Positions 48,050-58,113 of a stretch of DNA of 64,000 nt are shown here, one piece after another. A program made the position numbers and the translations under genes. The stretch comes from Deltaproteobacteria bacterium (GTDB lineage: Bacteria; Desulfobacterota; GWC2-55-46), in NCBI GenBank assembly GCA_038043525.1, contig JBBTBW010000006.1, positions 424 through 64,423 on the forward strand. Reading direction: 5' to 3'. The notes below the pieces were generated by a model. It was not told the DNA's origin. It did no database searches and worked only from the letters and a program-made list of their open reading frames with translations. The first letter of the stretch is position 1. The number at the start of each line of letters is the position of its first letter.

Positions 48050-49084
48050 CTATTGATAGATCGCTTTTTTCATCTCGTCTCTGGCCTTGGAGAATATCAT
48101 GCGTCCGCCGGTCGTCTGCAGGACGCTTGTTATGGAGACGTCTATTGATTTGCCGAGGTGCTCTCTGGCGTTGTCGATGACGACCATCGTGCCGTCTTCG
48201 AGATATCCGACACCCTGGCCGTGTTCCTTGCCCTCTTTAAGGACGAGTATGTGCATGATCTCGCCTGGAAGGACCACTGGCTTCAGAGCTGTAGCCAGTT
48301 TATTGATGTTCAGCACCGGAACGCCGCGCAGTTCGGCGATTTTATTGAGGTTCGAGTCGTTTGTAAGTATCTTGCCGGACATCTCCCTTGCCAGGGAGAC
48401 CAGTTTGCTGTCAACCTCTTTGACATCCGGGAAGTCCTTGTCTGTTATCACTACCGAGACCTTGTCGTTGGCCTGCACGCTTTTGAGGACGTCGAGGCCC
48501 CTTTTGCCCCTTACCCGTTTCATAGGGTCAGGGGAGTCGGCGATGTACTGGAGCTCTTGCAAGACGAATTGCGGGACGATGATGGTGTTGTCAAGAAACC
48601 CTGTCTCGCAAATTTCGGCGACCCTGCCGTCGATTATGACGCTGGTGTCTATGATGAGCGGCATCCTGGAAGGCTTTTCCTCCGCCTTGTTCTCGCTTGA
48701 CGCGCCTTTGAACAGCTGGGAGCCGCTAAAGCCGTCGAACTCGTCGCCTTTTTTCATGCCGATGGAAAGGCCGAGATATCCGATGATGCTGTTGGTGAAG
48801 AGATAGGCCAGGAGCTCAAGATACCGGTCGTTGTTGAACTTCGGCATGAGCGGATAGGTAAGGAGGTTTGCTACGGTAAGGCCGGTAATCAGGCCAAAGG
48901 CTCCGCCAAGGACTATCCTCAGGGGAGTCCTTTTGACCCTTTCTTCAAAGACTATCGCAAGAACGGCAATAAGTATTCCGCTGATGAGGCCCACAAGGGC
49001 CAGTTTTTCGTCTACTATATTGAGTATAAAATATCCGCTTGCGGAAGCGAACACAACGAGCAGGATACGCATTAGAAGGAACAC
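48050..49084 (-). CDS. PIN/TRAM-domain membrane protein (YacL-like)
   Basis: N-terminal TM helices, then a PIN domain, then a C-terminal TRAM-like beta domain. Same carD-yacL-ispD-ispF neighbourhood as in Firmicutes. Confidence 0.7.
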   Translation of the reverse strand: MFLLMRILLVVFASASGYFILNIVDEKLALVGLISGILIAVLAIVFEERVKRTPLRIVLGGAFGLITGLTVANLLTYPLMPKFNNDRYLELLAYLFTNSIIGYLGLSIGMKKGDEFDGFSGSQLFKGASSENKAEEKPSRMPLIIDTSVIIDGRVAEICETGFLDNTIIVPQFVLQELQYIADSPDPMKRVRGKRGLDVLKSVQANDKVSVVITDKDFPDVKEVDSKLVSLAREMSGKILTNDSNLNKIAELRGVPVLNINKLATALKPVVLPGEIMHILVLKEGKEHGQGVGYLEDGTMVVIDNAREHLGKSIDVSITSVLQTTGGRMIFSKARDEMKKAIYQ

Positions 49085-49101
49085 CCCGGCGAACCCTCCC
49101 T

Positions 49102-49608
49102 TTACTTTTTCATTATCTTGTTGAGTTCCTCTTCCACTTTCTCGGCCTTGATGTTCTTCGCTATGGAGAGTTCCTTGACAAGAAGGTTCTTCGCGGTATC
49201 AAGCATCCTTCTCTCGCCGAAGGACAGCTCCTTGTCGAACTTCAGGAGGTAGAGGTCCCTGAGCACCTTGGCCACTTCCATGACGCAGCCGCTCTTGATC
49301 TTGTCCGTGTAGTCGCGATAACGCCTGTTCCATGTCTGGTTGTCGACGATAGTATCGGTCCTGTCCATCAGGATCTCGTAGACCTTTGGGACCATGCTTT
49401 TCTTGACGATCTTTCTGAGGCCTACGACTGCGGCGGTATCGACCGGGACCATGATAGTGGCCTCGGTATCGACGATCTTGAGGATGTAGAAGTGGGTTTT
49501 TTCACCTGATACCTCTCTGGACTCTACTCCTACGATTGTTCCTACACCATGTGCAGGATAAACGGCAAGCTCCCCGACTTTAAAAGACTCTACTGTGATT
49601 TTTGGCAT
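49102..49608 (-). CDS. carD: CarD-family transcriptional regulator (CdnL)
   Basis: N-terminal RNAP-interacting domain FKVGELAVYPAHGVGTIVGVE. 168 aa. Confidence 0.85.
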   Translation of the reverse strand: MPKITVESFKVGELAVYPAHGVGTIVGVESREVSGEKTHFYILKIVDTEATIMVPVDTAAVVGLRKIVKKSMVPKVYEILMDRTDTIVDNQTWNRRYRDYTDKIKSGCVMEVAKVLRDLYLLKFDKELSFGERRMLDTAKNLLVKELSIAKNIKAEKVEEELNKIMKK

Positions 49609-49692
49609 GGGGATCCTTTAAGTGTGGGCTTCGATAGAGAGATTGGCTTAATTACTTATAACACAAAATTCTTCGACAGTCAACAATGTCGG

Positions 49693-50361
49693 CTAGTCCT
49701 GTCCGCCGGCCTCTATATCGAAGAATCCCTCTTCGAAACCGCCGCCTGTTTCTACGCTCGAATATCTGATCCTGATCCTGTCGAGCCTTGGGCCTTGTAT
49801 GGAGATCTCAAACGGGACATCTCTGCCTCCGGTCTCTCTGTAGTCTGAAAAAAGGACTGTGACCGTGCCTGCGTTACTGCCGGAGATTTGTTTTTCAGCC
49901 TTTACCGGGCGTCCCTTTTGGTCGGCTTCTATCTCGAATCCTGCATCTTTAAGCGGTTTCAGATCGAGGCCCATGAGGAGCGAGACTATCTCCGCGTTTG
50001 AGAACGGTAGCGGCGCATCAGGGCTGCCGGCCGGGTAAAATCTCTCTACGCCATCGGTGAATGTGTGGAGGGTGTAGCCGTCTGAGGCAAAAAGCGCTAC
50101 TACCTGAGCGAACGGCCCTTTTATCTCTATCCTGAAAGAGCCCGGGGCTTGCGCGTATATGCGCGCCTTGCCGCTTGCTGAGAGCGTCCGGTCCATGTCG
50201 ACCACGGCCTCGGCCCTGAGCGTTTCGCCAGGCGATCGCACTAACGCGAGGTCCGGCCCTGTCGGCCTCTTATGCGCGCATCCGGAGATTGTTATAAGGG
50301 CAAGCAGGATCGCGGTAGGCGCGGCTTTAAGGGCGAGAGGCTTGAGAAGGTATGAAAGCAC
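49693..50361 (-). CDS. outer-membrane lipoprotein (LolB/DUF4292-like)
   Basis: Lipobox LITISGC. 222 aa. Start codon abuts the stop of the upstream TPR gene. Confidence 0.45.
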   Translation of the reverse strand: MLSYLLKPLALKAAPTAILLALITISGCAHKRPTGPDLALVRSPGETLRAEAVVDMDRTLSASGKARIYAQAPGSFRIEIKGPFAQVVALFASDGYTLHTFTDGVERFYPAGSPDAPLPFSNAEIVSLLMGLDLKPLKDAGFEIEADQKGRPVKAEKQISGSNAGTVTVLFSDYRETGGRDVPFEISIQGPRLDRIRIRYSSVETGGGFEEGFFDIEAGGQD

Positions 50362-52098
50362 CTATTTTGCCTTGAGCTCTTCTTTGAGCCTCTTGAGCTT
50401 ATTCTGTATCTGAGAGTTCTCGGGCGCCATCTTCAGCGCTGTCTCGTAAGATGCGAGCGCCTTCTGCTTGAAGCTTCTTTTAAGGTACGCGTCCCCTAGG
50501 TGCTCCCTGATCACAGGGTCGTCAGGGAGCGATACGGTCGCTTTTTCAAGCTCGGCGATCGCCTTGTCGAATTGGCCCTTTTTGTAGTAGACCCAGCCGA
50601 GGCTGTCGAGTATATGCGCGGAGTCAGGCTTTACGGCAAGCGCTTTTTTGATGAGGACTTCCGCTTCATCGAGGCGGATCCCTTTTTCAGCCCATGAGTA
50701 GCCGATGTAGTTAAGCGCGTTGGCGTGTTTCGGATCAAGGTCTATGACCTTGAACATCGTCTCCAAGACCTTGTCTTCGCGTTTGGCGTCGTCGAAAAGG
50801 ACTCCGAGCATGAAGTGGAGCTCAGGGTCGAGCGGGGCGAGTTTTATGGCGCGCTCAAGGGCGTCAATGGATTCGTTGTACATTTTTGCGCCCCGGTATA
50901 CCGAGGCGAGCAGCCTCAGTAGCTCCGTATTCTCGCCCTTCGCCTTGATAGCCTCGGTAAGCTCCTTTATGGTGTTCTCGATCCGCCCCTGGCGCTCGTA
51001 GATGTAGGCGAGATGGAGCCTTGAGTCGACGAAGCTCGCGTCCTTGTCAGGGATCTTCTTGAACTCTTTTTCAGCGGATTCGAGGTCGCCCTTTTCTTCA
51101 TAAGCGGTCGCCAGGTAATAGCGCACCCTGTGGGCCTCAGGGCTGTGTTCGAGAATATCCTTGAACCTGTCAATGGCGCCGCTGTAGTCCTTCTTCTCGA
51201 AGAGTATGAGCCCGACCCTGACCATCGCGTCCGTCATGGTCTCCTCGTTTTTTTCAAGGGCCCTGTAAAGCTCAAGGGCCTCGTCGAGCATATTGCCTTG
51301 GATATAAAGGGTCCCCAGCCGCGTCATTATGCCTGCGTCTCCGGGCGTCACAACGAGCCCCTTTTTGTATATATCTATTGCCTGAGGGATTTTCTTGGCG
51401 ATCTCGTAGGTAATGCCAAGCTCAAAGTAGGCCGCGCCGAAGTGTGAGTTGATCCCTATGGCCTTCAGGTAGTTTGCTTCAGCTTTGTCGTAGTTGTTCT
51501 GCTCGAACTCTATCTTGGCCATGTAGTAGTAGGCCATGAGCGATTCAGGGTTGACGCCCAGGAGCTTTTTCAGGGTCTCGGTCGCCTTTCCATACTCTTT
51601 CTGCCTGGCGTAGAGAGAGCCGAGGAATAGATAGTTCTTCGTGTTTTTAGGGTCGAGCTCGATGGCGCTCTGGTACTCTTTAGCGGCGCCGTCGTCGTCT
51701 TTCAGCAAAGAGTAGACCTCGGCGAGATAAGCGTGCGGGGAGGCGTACTTCGGGTCTATCTCTATGGCCTTTTCAAGGCTCTTTCGTGCTTCGTCGAACT
51801 TGCCGGAATGGAGGTATAATGAGCCGAGGTCGGTATGGAGGTAGACCGATTTGGGGTCGAGCCCCAATGCCCGTTTGTACAGCTCGATCGCCCCGCTGAT
51901 GTTGCCTTCCTTCTTGAGCGCCTGGGCGACAGAGTAGTAGTAATAGGCCTCGGAAGGATTTTTGATGGTCCTTTCCTGAACCTTGCCGGGGGTTTCTCTT
52001 GCCTCTACGCTGGAGGCGGCGCAAGGGGCGAATGGTAAAAGAAACAAGGCCAACACGGACGCTTTGATCAAAACCTTTGTTGCTGATGCCTCTGACAC
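50362..52098 (-). CDS. secreted tetratricopeptide-repeat protein (at least 12 TPR units)
   Basis: Signal peptide. Repeated W-LG-Y-A-F-A-P TPR pattern throughout the 578 aa. Confidence 0.7.
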   Translation of the reverse strand: MSEASATKVLIKASVLALFLLPFAPCAASSVEARETPGKVQERTIKNPSEAYYYYSVAQALKKEGNISGAIELYKRALGLDPKSVYLHTDLGSLYLHSGKFDEARKSLEKAIEIDPKYASPHAYLAEVYSLLKDDDGAAKEYQSAIELDPKNTKNYLFLGSLYARQKEYGKATETLKKLLGVNPESLMAYYYMAKIEFEQNNYDKAEANYLKAIGINSHFGAAYFELGITYEIAKKIPQAIDIYKKGLVVTPGDAGIMTRLGTLYIQGNMLDEALELYRALEKNEETMTDAMVRVGLILFEKKDYSGAIDRFKDILEHSPEAHRVRYYLATAYEEKGDLESAEKEFKKIPDKDASFVDSRLHLAYIYERQGRIENTIKELTEAIKAKGENTELLRLLASVYRGAKMYNESIDALERAIKLAPLDPELHFMLGVLFDDAKREDKVLETMFKVIDLDPKHANALNYIGYSWAEKGIRLDEAEVLIKKALAVKPDSAHILDSLGWVYYKKGQFDKAIAELEKATVSLPDDPVIREHLGDAYLKRSFKQKALASYETALKMAPENSQIQNKLKRLKEELKAK

Positions 52099-52473
52099 GA
52101 AGCCTCCGGTCGGCCGGGCGCATTTGATCGCCCTGTGTGGCCTGTTAAGCGTTATATGTCCGTCTGTGCGTCCATGCTCGAAGCCGACTGCCCTGCTGAC
52201 GGTCTTTTAAAGGCCTGCCTGACTTTGGGGCTGGCCGCTTTTCCGGCCGCTATGTATGCCGGAAAAGGCAGGTTATAAAGAAATCCCAACCTGGGATTAC
52301 CCGCCGTTACATACGGCGATATTCCACGATATAATAACATTATTACTGGGGTCAGTCAAATCGTCAGGCGCCGGGGTCTCCCAAGGCATCCTGGGCTGAC
52401 TTCTGTCCCGGTGTGGGTGTATGGCCGTGAGGTCTTGAAAGGTTGATGAATGATGTTGCGACGGAGGCTTGTC

Positions 52474-52743
52474 TCAGGGTTTTTTAACGGCTTCGATCCT
52501 GTGGCGGATGTTCGGAGGCAGATGGACCGATTCGGTATCGAGCCCTGAGAGTATCTCAAGGAGGACCGAGATCTTGTCTTTGTCGCAAAGCCCTCTGTGT
52601 ATGAGTATGCGCTTTTCACCTCTGAGGACGAAAAGGCCTCCGTGGCTTACGATCTCGCCCTTTCTCAGGTCTTCGTAGTCGAGCTTGATGCCGAGCTTTG
52701 AGGCGGCTTCTTCGAGCGATGTGAGGAGTTCTTCGTCTTTCAT
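52474..52743 (-). CDS. hypothetical small protein (~89 aa)
   Basis: Start at MKDEELL with AAGGAA RBS 11 nt upstream. The longer table ORF would add an unsupported N-terminus. Confidence 0.4.
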   Translation of the reverse strand: MKDEELLTSLEEAASKLGIKLDYEDLRKGEIVSHGGLFVLRGEKRILIHRGLCDKDKISVLLEILSGLDTESVHLPPNIRHRIEAVKKP

Positions 52744-52991
52744 GGGATGTATTTTCCTTGTTTGGCATTTCCCTGTCAAGACAAAAGAGAGGCTATGCAT
52801 GTCAGCGCCTTGCATCTGCATCATGCCTTGCGGCGCGTAATCGGGTAATAATAAAGAAGTTGACAGGGTAAATGCCTTGGTTTATATTTCTTTAAGTTGT
52901 TATGGCCTCAAGCGGGATCCGGTCAGGTTGTCGCGCCCGAAGGGCTTGCGCGGGCGTTTGCAGGATAATAGTCCTATAAGGAGCGTCAATA

Positions 52992-53318
52992 ATGGGAGAG
53001 AACATAGTAAACGTCGCAGATTCGAGCTTTGATACGCTGGTCCTTAAATCAGAGGTCCCGGTGCTTGTGGATTTCTGGGCGAGCTGGTGCGCGCCCTGCA
53101 GGGCCATCGCGCCGTTTGTAGAGGAGATGGCAACCGCGTTTGACGGCAAGATACGGGTCGTAAAGATGAACGTCGATGACAACCCTTCGACACCCGGAAG
53201 GTTCGGCGTAAGGGGCATACCGACGCTGATACTCTTTAAAGACGGCAAGGTGGTAGACCAGCTCGTAGGGGCTGTGCCAAAGACCCAGATAAAGGAACTG
53301 ATTGAAAAAGGTCTGTAA
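52992..53318 (+). CDS. trxA: thioredoxin
   Basis: WCAPC active site. 108 aa. Confidence 0.9.
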   Translation: MGENIVNVADSSFDTLVLKSEVPVLVDFWASWCAPCRAIAPFVEEMATAFDGKIRVVKMNVDDNPSTPGRFGVRGIPTLILFKDGKVVDQLVGAVPKTQIKELIEKGL

Positions 53319-53444
53319 CAGCGCTCTATAATATTTTCAAAGGACAGGCTTTTCCGGCGCCTGTCTTTTTTTTCTATACTGCCGGGCTTGACGATCTCCG
53401 TGGCGCCTCCAGGCTTGCCATCGGCTGAGGATAAAAGGCGATTG

Positions 53445-53966
53445 ATGAGAGTTTTTTTACTGCGGCTCGCCCTTGCGGCGGCTATTATGATACCGGCATC
53501 TTTGACGCTCACAGGTTGCAAGAAGGGGCAGGAGGGCGCTGACAACAAGCAGACGATGTCAGCCCCGGCAGCGCCTTTTTCAGTCACGACCCTCGGCGGC
53601 GAGAGGTTCAGCCTTGAGGGAGCCAAGGGCAAGCCGGTCGTCGTGAACTTCTGGGCCTCATGGTGCGGGCCATGCCAGATGGAGGCCCCCGCGGTAGAGA
53701 ACACCTACAAGGCGTTTAAGGCCCAGGGCGTGGAATTCATCGGCGTCGCCATACAGGACTCTCCGGAGGGCGTGGCGCGGTTCGTATCCAAACACAGCCT
53801 TACATTTCCGATAGGCATGGATTCAGACGGCGCTATAATGCAGGCATACAATATAGCAGGCGTGCCGATGACTTATGTGATAGGCAAAGATGGGCTCGTC
53901 AAGTACATACATTCAGGCGTGATAACCGAAGAAGAACTCACCGCCCAGATCAAAAACGCGCTCTGA
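53445..53966 (+). CDS. TlpA-family thiol:disulfide oxidoreductase lipoprotein
   Basis: Lipobox LTLTGC. WCGPC active site in NFWASWCGPCQMEAP. Confidence 0.75.
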   Translation: MRVFLLRLALAAAIMIPASLTLTGCKKGQEGADNKQTMSAPAAPFSVTTLGGERFSLEGAKGKPVVVNFWASWCGPCQMEAPAVENTYKAFKAQGVEFIGVAIQDSPEGVARFVSKHSLTFPIGMDSDGAIMQAYNIAGVPMTYVIGKDGLVKYIHSGVITEEELTAQIKNAL

Positions 53967-54003
53967 TAAAGGCGGGCGGAAATAAAAAGAAACAGCAGTC
54001 AAT

Positions 54004-54690
54004 ATGAAAAGGGATATGACAAAGAAGATGAAGATCTCTCCATCGATATTATCAGCTGACTTTACAAGGCTTGGTGAACAGCTCCACGCGCTCGAAGACG
54101 CCGGGGCCGACTACATACACGTTGACGTGATGGACGGGCGGTTCGTGCCGAATATCACGATAGGGCCTTTCATAGTCGAGGCGGCCAGGAGGGCTACAAA
54201 GGTCCCTCTTGACGTTCATCTGATGATAGAAGAGCCTGAGAGGTTTATAAACGACTTCGCAAGGGCGGGCAGTGACATAATAACGGTGCACGCAGAGGCG
54301 ACAAGGCATCTCCACAAGGTTATCCAGTCGATAAAAGAACACGGCCTCAAGGCCGGTGTCTCCATAAACCCGGCGACCCCTGTCGGCGCGATAAGGCCTG
54401 TCATCGGTGATATAGACCTGATACTCGTAATGTCGGTAAACCCGGGTTTCAGCGGACAGGGCTTCATACCTGCGAGCCTAGATAAGATCAGAGAGGCGAG
54501 GGAGATGATTGCGGCGAGCGGAAGGGATATCGAGCTTGAGGTGGACGGTGGTATCAAGGTCGGCAATATCAAAGAGGCGGCCTGTGCCGGCGCCGACGTA
54601 TTCGTCTCAGGCTCAGGTGTCTTTGGTACGCCTGATTATAAAAAGACGATAAAGGCGATGAAGGAAGCGGCAGGAGAGGCCAGGAGATAG
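54004..54690 (+). CDS. rpe: ribulose-phosphate 3-epimerase
   Basis: SILSADF...HVDVMDGRFVPN...VHLMIEEP motifs. The true start may be the internal ATG at 54028 (MKISPSIL). Confidence 0.85.
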   Translation: MKRDMTKKMKISPSILSADFTRLGEQLHALEDAGADYIHVDVMDGRFVPNITIGPFIVEAARRATKVPLDVHLMIEEPERFINDFARAGSDIITVHAEATRHLHKVIQSIKEHGLKAGVSINPATPVGAIRPVIGDIDLILVMSVNPGFSGQGFIPASLDKIREAREMIAASGRDIELEVDGGIKVGNIKEAACAGADVFVSGSGVFGTPDYKKTIKAMKEAAGEARR

Positions 54691-54727
54691 GCGGGGCGTC
54701 TTTCATAATCGCAGAGTATCTCAAAAA

Positions 54728-54759
54728 GGCAGTGCCGGAGACGGCGCTGCCTTTTTTTT
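54728..54759 (+). terminator. intrinsic terminator after rpe
   Basis: ggcagtgcc ggagac ggcgctgcc (one G-U pair) followed by T8. Confidence 0.7.
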
Positions 54760-54799
54760 CCTTGAGTAAGATAGAGGCCGGGCTTTGTCCTTCAAAACT

Positions 54800-55320
54800 C
54801 TACTTGCTATAAGGGGAGGTCGTGAGGGGTTGGTCGCAGGCGAGCGCGCATTCGGATCTGAGCCGCATCATCAAGGCTCGTTTTTTACTTGAATGATAAG
54901 ACAATCGCCCTTGTAAAAAACATCTCTCTGACTCTTGCTTTGCACTTCCGTGCGGTTTTCAGGTATGGCTCGCATCGCTTTCGATCCGACTCGCAGATGA
55001 TACAAGAACCTGCTCGTCAGCTCTCAGTCAGGCTCGCTACGCCATGACCCGGATTTTGTTTCAAGGCAAAGACAAGGCAATTGCAAATCGACCACTCTTA
55101 GCCCCTCCTTGGTAATGAGGGGAGGCCGGGAGGGGTTAGTCACAGGCGAGCGCGCATTCGGATCTGAGCCGCATTATCAAGGCTCGCTTTTTAACTGTAT
55201 GACAGGACAATTGCTCTCCTTTGCGGGAGCAGGTTTGCAAACTGCTCCCTAAATTAATATCTGCCTTTATGGATCAACGGGTTCAAGTTACAAGCCTGAA
55301 CCCGCAAGGCGAGCGTAGGA
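54800..55320. repeat. repeat cluster: ~85-bp direct repeat pair (54830-54905 / 55135-55205), M-module copy (54905-55075), S-module copy (55095-55140), palindromic hairpins (55230-55300)
   Basis: gtc[ga]caggcgagcgcgcattcggatctgagccgcat[ct]atcaaggctcg[ct]ttttt occurs twice. The M/S modules align with those at 11081-11527. Confidence 0.7.
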
Positions 55321-55455
55321 CGGGTCACACCCGTCGGAATTTATCCGCACGATTGGGTAGTGAAAAAAGAAGGGCTCAAGACGGAGCCGTATGAATGATC
55401 TCGGATTTAACTGATGTTGAAATGGCGGGTCTGACCCTCTCTACCGGCCTCGCGG

Positions 55456-56109
55456 CTACGGCCGATGAGGTCCGGCAAATCGTCCTCGCCACAACAGGAG
55501 CATCAGCGCTCCGTTTACCACGAAAAGATATGCAGGATGGATCCAGACGTCAAATTGCCATGCCTGGATCATGAATATATTCGGCAGGCATGCGATCGTC
55601 TCGAGCGTCCATGCCCATAGATCCTCCCCTTCAGGTCTCAAGACAGACTTCATGATGGTCGGGCCGAGTCCGAGCAGATCGACAAGGATGTTTACGATCA
55701 AAATAACCATCGAGGCTTCTTTGAAGCCAAGCATGACAAGCGCTCCCCAGAGTATCAGGCTTGCAACACTTGCTCTGAGGCAGTATCTGTCGACATCTAT
55801 ATCGAACCCGCGGATCTGAAGCCGGTTTTTTTCCTTTTCTCCGTATTTGAAGGACAGCAGTGCTATAAGCAAAGGTCCTACGACGTATGTTGCCGGAAGC
55901 GCCATGATCCAGATTGTCTGCCCTGCCGCCTCTTTGACGCCTGAATAATAGCTGGCAAATATGATCGCACCTGCAAAGGTCAGGACCCACCAGGTCACCT
56001 TATTCGGTTTTGTCTTGCCTCTCAGCGTGTTGACCGCATATATGATATATGCGATTATCGATACTCCCCCGGCTGACATCCCGAGAAGCGCGTATATGTT
56101 GTTTTCCAT
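55456..56109 (-). CDS. hypothetical polytopic membrane protein (~6 TM)
   Basis: Start at MENNIYALL. The upstream part of the table ORF runs through a REP (translated ..NWWARPTL..). The gene is bracketed by two repeat clusters. Confidence 0.5.
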   Translation of the reverse strand: MENNIYALLGMSAGGVSIIAYIIYAVNTLRGKTKPNKVTWWVLTFAGAIIFASYYSGVKEAAGQTIWIMALPATYVVGPLLIALLSFKYGEKEKNRLQIRGFDIDVDRYCLRASVASLILWGALVMLGFKEASMVILIVNILVDLLGLGPTIMKSVLRPEGEDLWAWTLETIACLPNIFMIQAWQFDVWIHPAYLFVVNGALMLLLWRGRFAGPHRP

Positions 56110-56126
56110 AGATAGTTTTGTAGTGC

Positions 56127-56680
56127 GTAGGGTGGGGCGAGCCCACCAGTTGCATGAACGACCCTGATAAAAAGGTATCTGTCGGTTTTCTTTTGCGCAT
56201 TGGAGTGCGCTTTCGGGTATTGGACGCAACGGCCCGTATGAAAAATATCTATCTGATTTTAGCTTTGCATTTCCGTGCGTCTTTTGGGTATGGCTCGCTT
56301 CGCTTTCGGTCCGACTCGCAGAAGATACAAGAACCTGCTCGTCGGCTCTCAGTCAGGCTCGCTACGCCATGACCCGGGTTTTGTTACTGCCACGACAATT
56401 TAGCGTAGGGTGGGCCGAGCCCACCAGTTGCATGAGCGCATCTTGCAACTGCAAGGTCAAAACCACGACTCTGCTCGTCGGCTGTCTTTCATGCTCGCTG
56501 CGCCATGCCCCTGATTTGTTAGAGGCAAAGACAAGACAATTGCAAATCGACCACCCCTAGCCCCTCCTTGGCAAGGAGGGGAATTTCGTCTGCGCTCCTC
56601 CCCATACTATAAGGGGAGGCTGGGAGGGGTTAGTCTCAGTAGCAAGTATGGGTCGAGCCCACCACTTGCATGAGCTGTAA
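56127..56680. repeat. repeat cluster: REP copies (56127-56147, 56405-56425, degenerate 56650-56664), M-module (56235-56395), S-module copies (56560-56640)
   Basis: gtagggtgg[gc][gc]cgagcccaccagttgcatga[ag]cg is present twice. The M-module aligns with 13395-13550. Confidence 0.75.
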
Positions 56681-56707
56681 AAGTCACGCCCTTGTCGGAC
56701 AGTCGGC

Positions 56708-57463
56708 CTATTTCCCCTTTTTTGCTACCGGCTTCATCCTCTGTCTCCTTGCCTCAAAAAGCGCAACAGCCCCGGCCTGCGCCGCGTTAAGTGAATTGAT
56801 CTTTCCGGCCATCGGGATCGATACGCAAAAGTCGCAGTTCTCCTTTACGAGCCTTCTTATTCCTTTGCCCTCGCTCCCGACTATCAGCGCGAGGTCCCTG
56901 TCAAGGTCTGCCGTATAGATGTCTTCCTTTGAGTCTGCCTCTATGCCTGCGACCCAGATGTTCTCTGCCTTGAGTATCTCTATCGCGCGCGAAAGATTTA
57001 CCTCCCTCGCGATAAGCGCGTGTTCTGTCGCTCCGGCAGAGGCTTTTACAACAGTAGGCGTTACCTCGCAGGCCCTGTCCTTCGGGATGATTATGCCGTG
57101 TACGCCTGCGGCGACAGATGTCCTTATGAGCGAGCCGAGGTTTTGCGGATCCTGGATCGAATCGAGTATAAGGATAAGGGCGCTTTCTCCGCTTGCCCGC
57201 CAGGCCTTGATTATGTCATCAATCTCTCTGTATCTGTACGGATCTGTAAGTACCGCCGCGACGCCCTGGTGCCTTGGCGTGCCTGCCGTCCTTTCAAGCT
57301 CCTCAGATGGCACTTTCACTACCTCTACACCTTTGGTCTTTGCAAGCTCGGCTATTGCAGTTGTCGCCTTGTCAGCCCTGACGTTCGAGATAAGAACCCG
57401 TGTGACAGCGCCGCCTGACTTTAACGCCTCGCTCACCGGATTTATTCCGTAGATTATCCTCAT
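56708..57463 (-). CDS. rlmB: TrmH/SpoU-family RNA 2'-O-methyltransferase (RlmB-like)
   Basis: N-terminal L30e-like substrate-binding domain plus SpoU MTase motifs (LILDSIQDPQNLGSLIRT, IPMAGKINSLNAAQAGAV). Confidence 0.8.
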   Translation of the reverse strand: MRIIYGINPVSEALKSGGAVTRVLISNVRADKATTAIAELAKTKGVEVVKVPSEELERTAGTPRHQGVAAVLTDPYRYREIDDIIKAWRASGESALILILDSIQDPQNLGSLIRTSVAAGVHGIIIPKDRACEVTPTVVKASAGATEHALIAREVNLSRAIEILKAENIWVAGIEADSKEDIYTADLDRDLALIVGSEGKGIRRLVKENCDFCVSIPMAGKINSLNAAQAGAVALFEARRQRMKPVAKKGK

Positions 57464-58113
57464 TGTCTGCCTTCCTTGCCGGTCGTCTGTTTTTTTAGTT
57501 CTAATGCCTTGAGCGAATCCCTTATGAGGCCTGCGTTGACGGTGTCCCCAGTCGCCGCATAGAGTTCTTGAAGATGGCCCATGATCTCTGTCTCGTCTGT
57601 GCCTGCCTCTATCGCTTTCGTAAGCGCTTCTTTGTATGCCTTCTCAGCAAGGGCCGCATCACTGCCGCGCATCAGTATCATGCCGAGCGTGTCCATGTAA
57701 ATGTATGCGCGCACCGGATCGAGCTCGAGGCCTTTTCGGGCGGCCTTGAGCCCGTCATCGAGCCTGCCTGCCTCCATATAAGCTATGGCGAGGTTGTTGC
57801 GATAGCTCCCCGCTGAAGGCCTGAGCCTTACAGCTTTTTCGAGGTGCTTGGCCGCCGCAGGCCAATCTCTTTTAATCAGATGGATATTGCCGATGCCGAA
57901 GCGGGCGTCAGGCTGTGACGGGTCGAGGCCCAGGGCCTTTTCATACTCTCTAAAGGCAAGGTCATATTCTTTACCCGCCTCGTATGAGATTGCAAGGTCG
58001 ATATGGCCCCTTGCCCCTATCGGGTCTTTCGGAATATCGCGTATCTCAAAACGTCCGCACGAGATGGTAAGGACGAATAAAAGGCAAGACGCCAGAATCC
58101 GCAGAGGCCTCAC
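57460..58113 (-). CDS. TPR-repeat lipoprotein
   Basis: Lipobox LTISCG, then four TPR units. Start overlaps the stop of the upstream peptidase gene by 4 nt. Confidence 0.6.
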   Translation of the reverse strand: MRPLRILASCLLFVLTISCGRFEIRDIPKDPIGARGHIDLAISYEAGKEYDLAFREYEKALGLDPSQPDARFGIGNIHLIKRDWPAAAKHLEKAVRLRPSAGSYRNNLAIAYMEAGRLDDGLKAARKGLELDPVRAYIYMDTLGMILMRGSDAALAEKAYKEALTKAIEAGTDETEIMGHLQELYAATGDTVNAGLIRDSLKALELKKQTTGKEGRQ

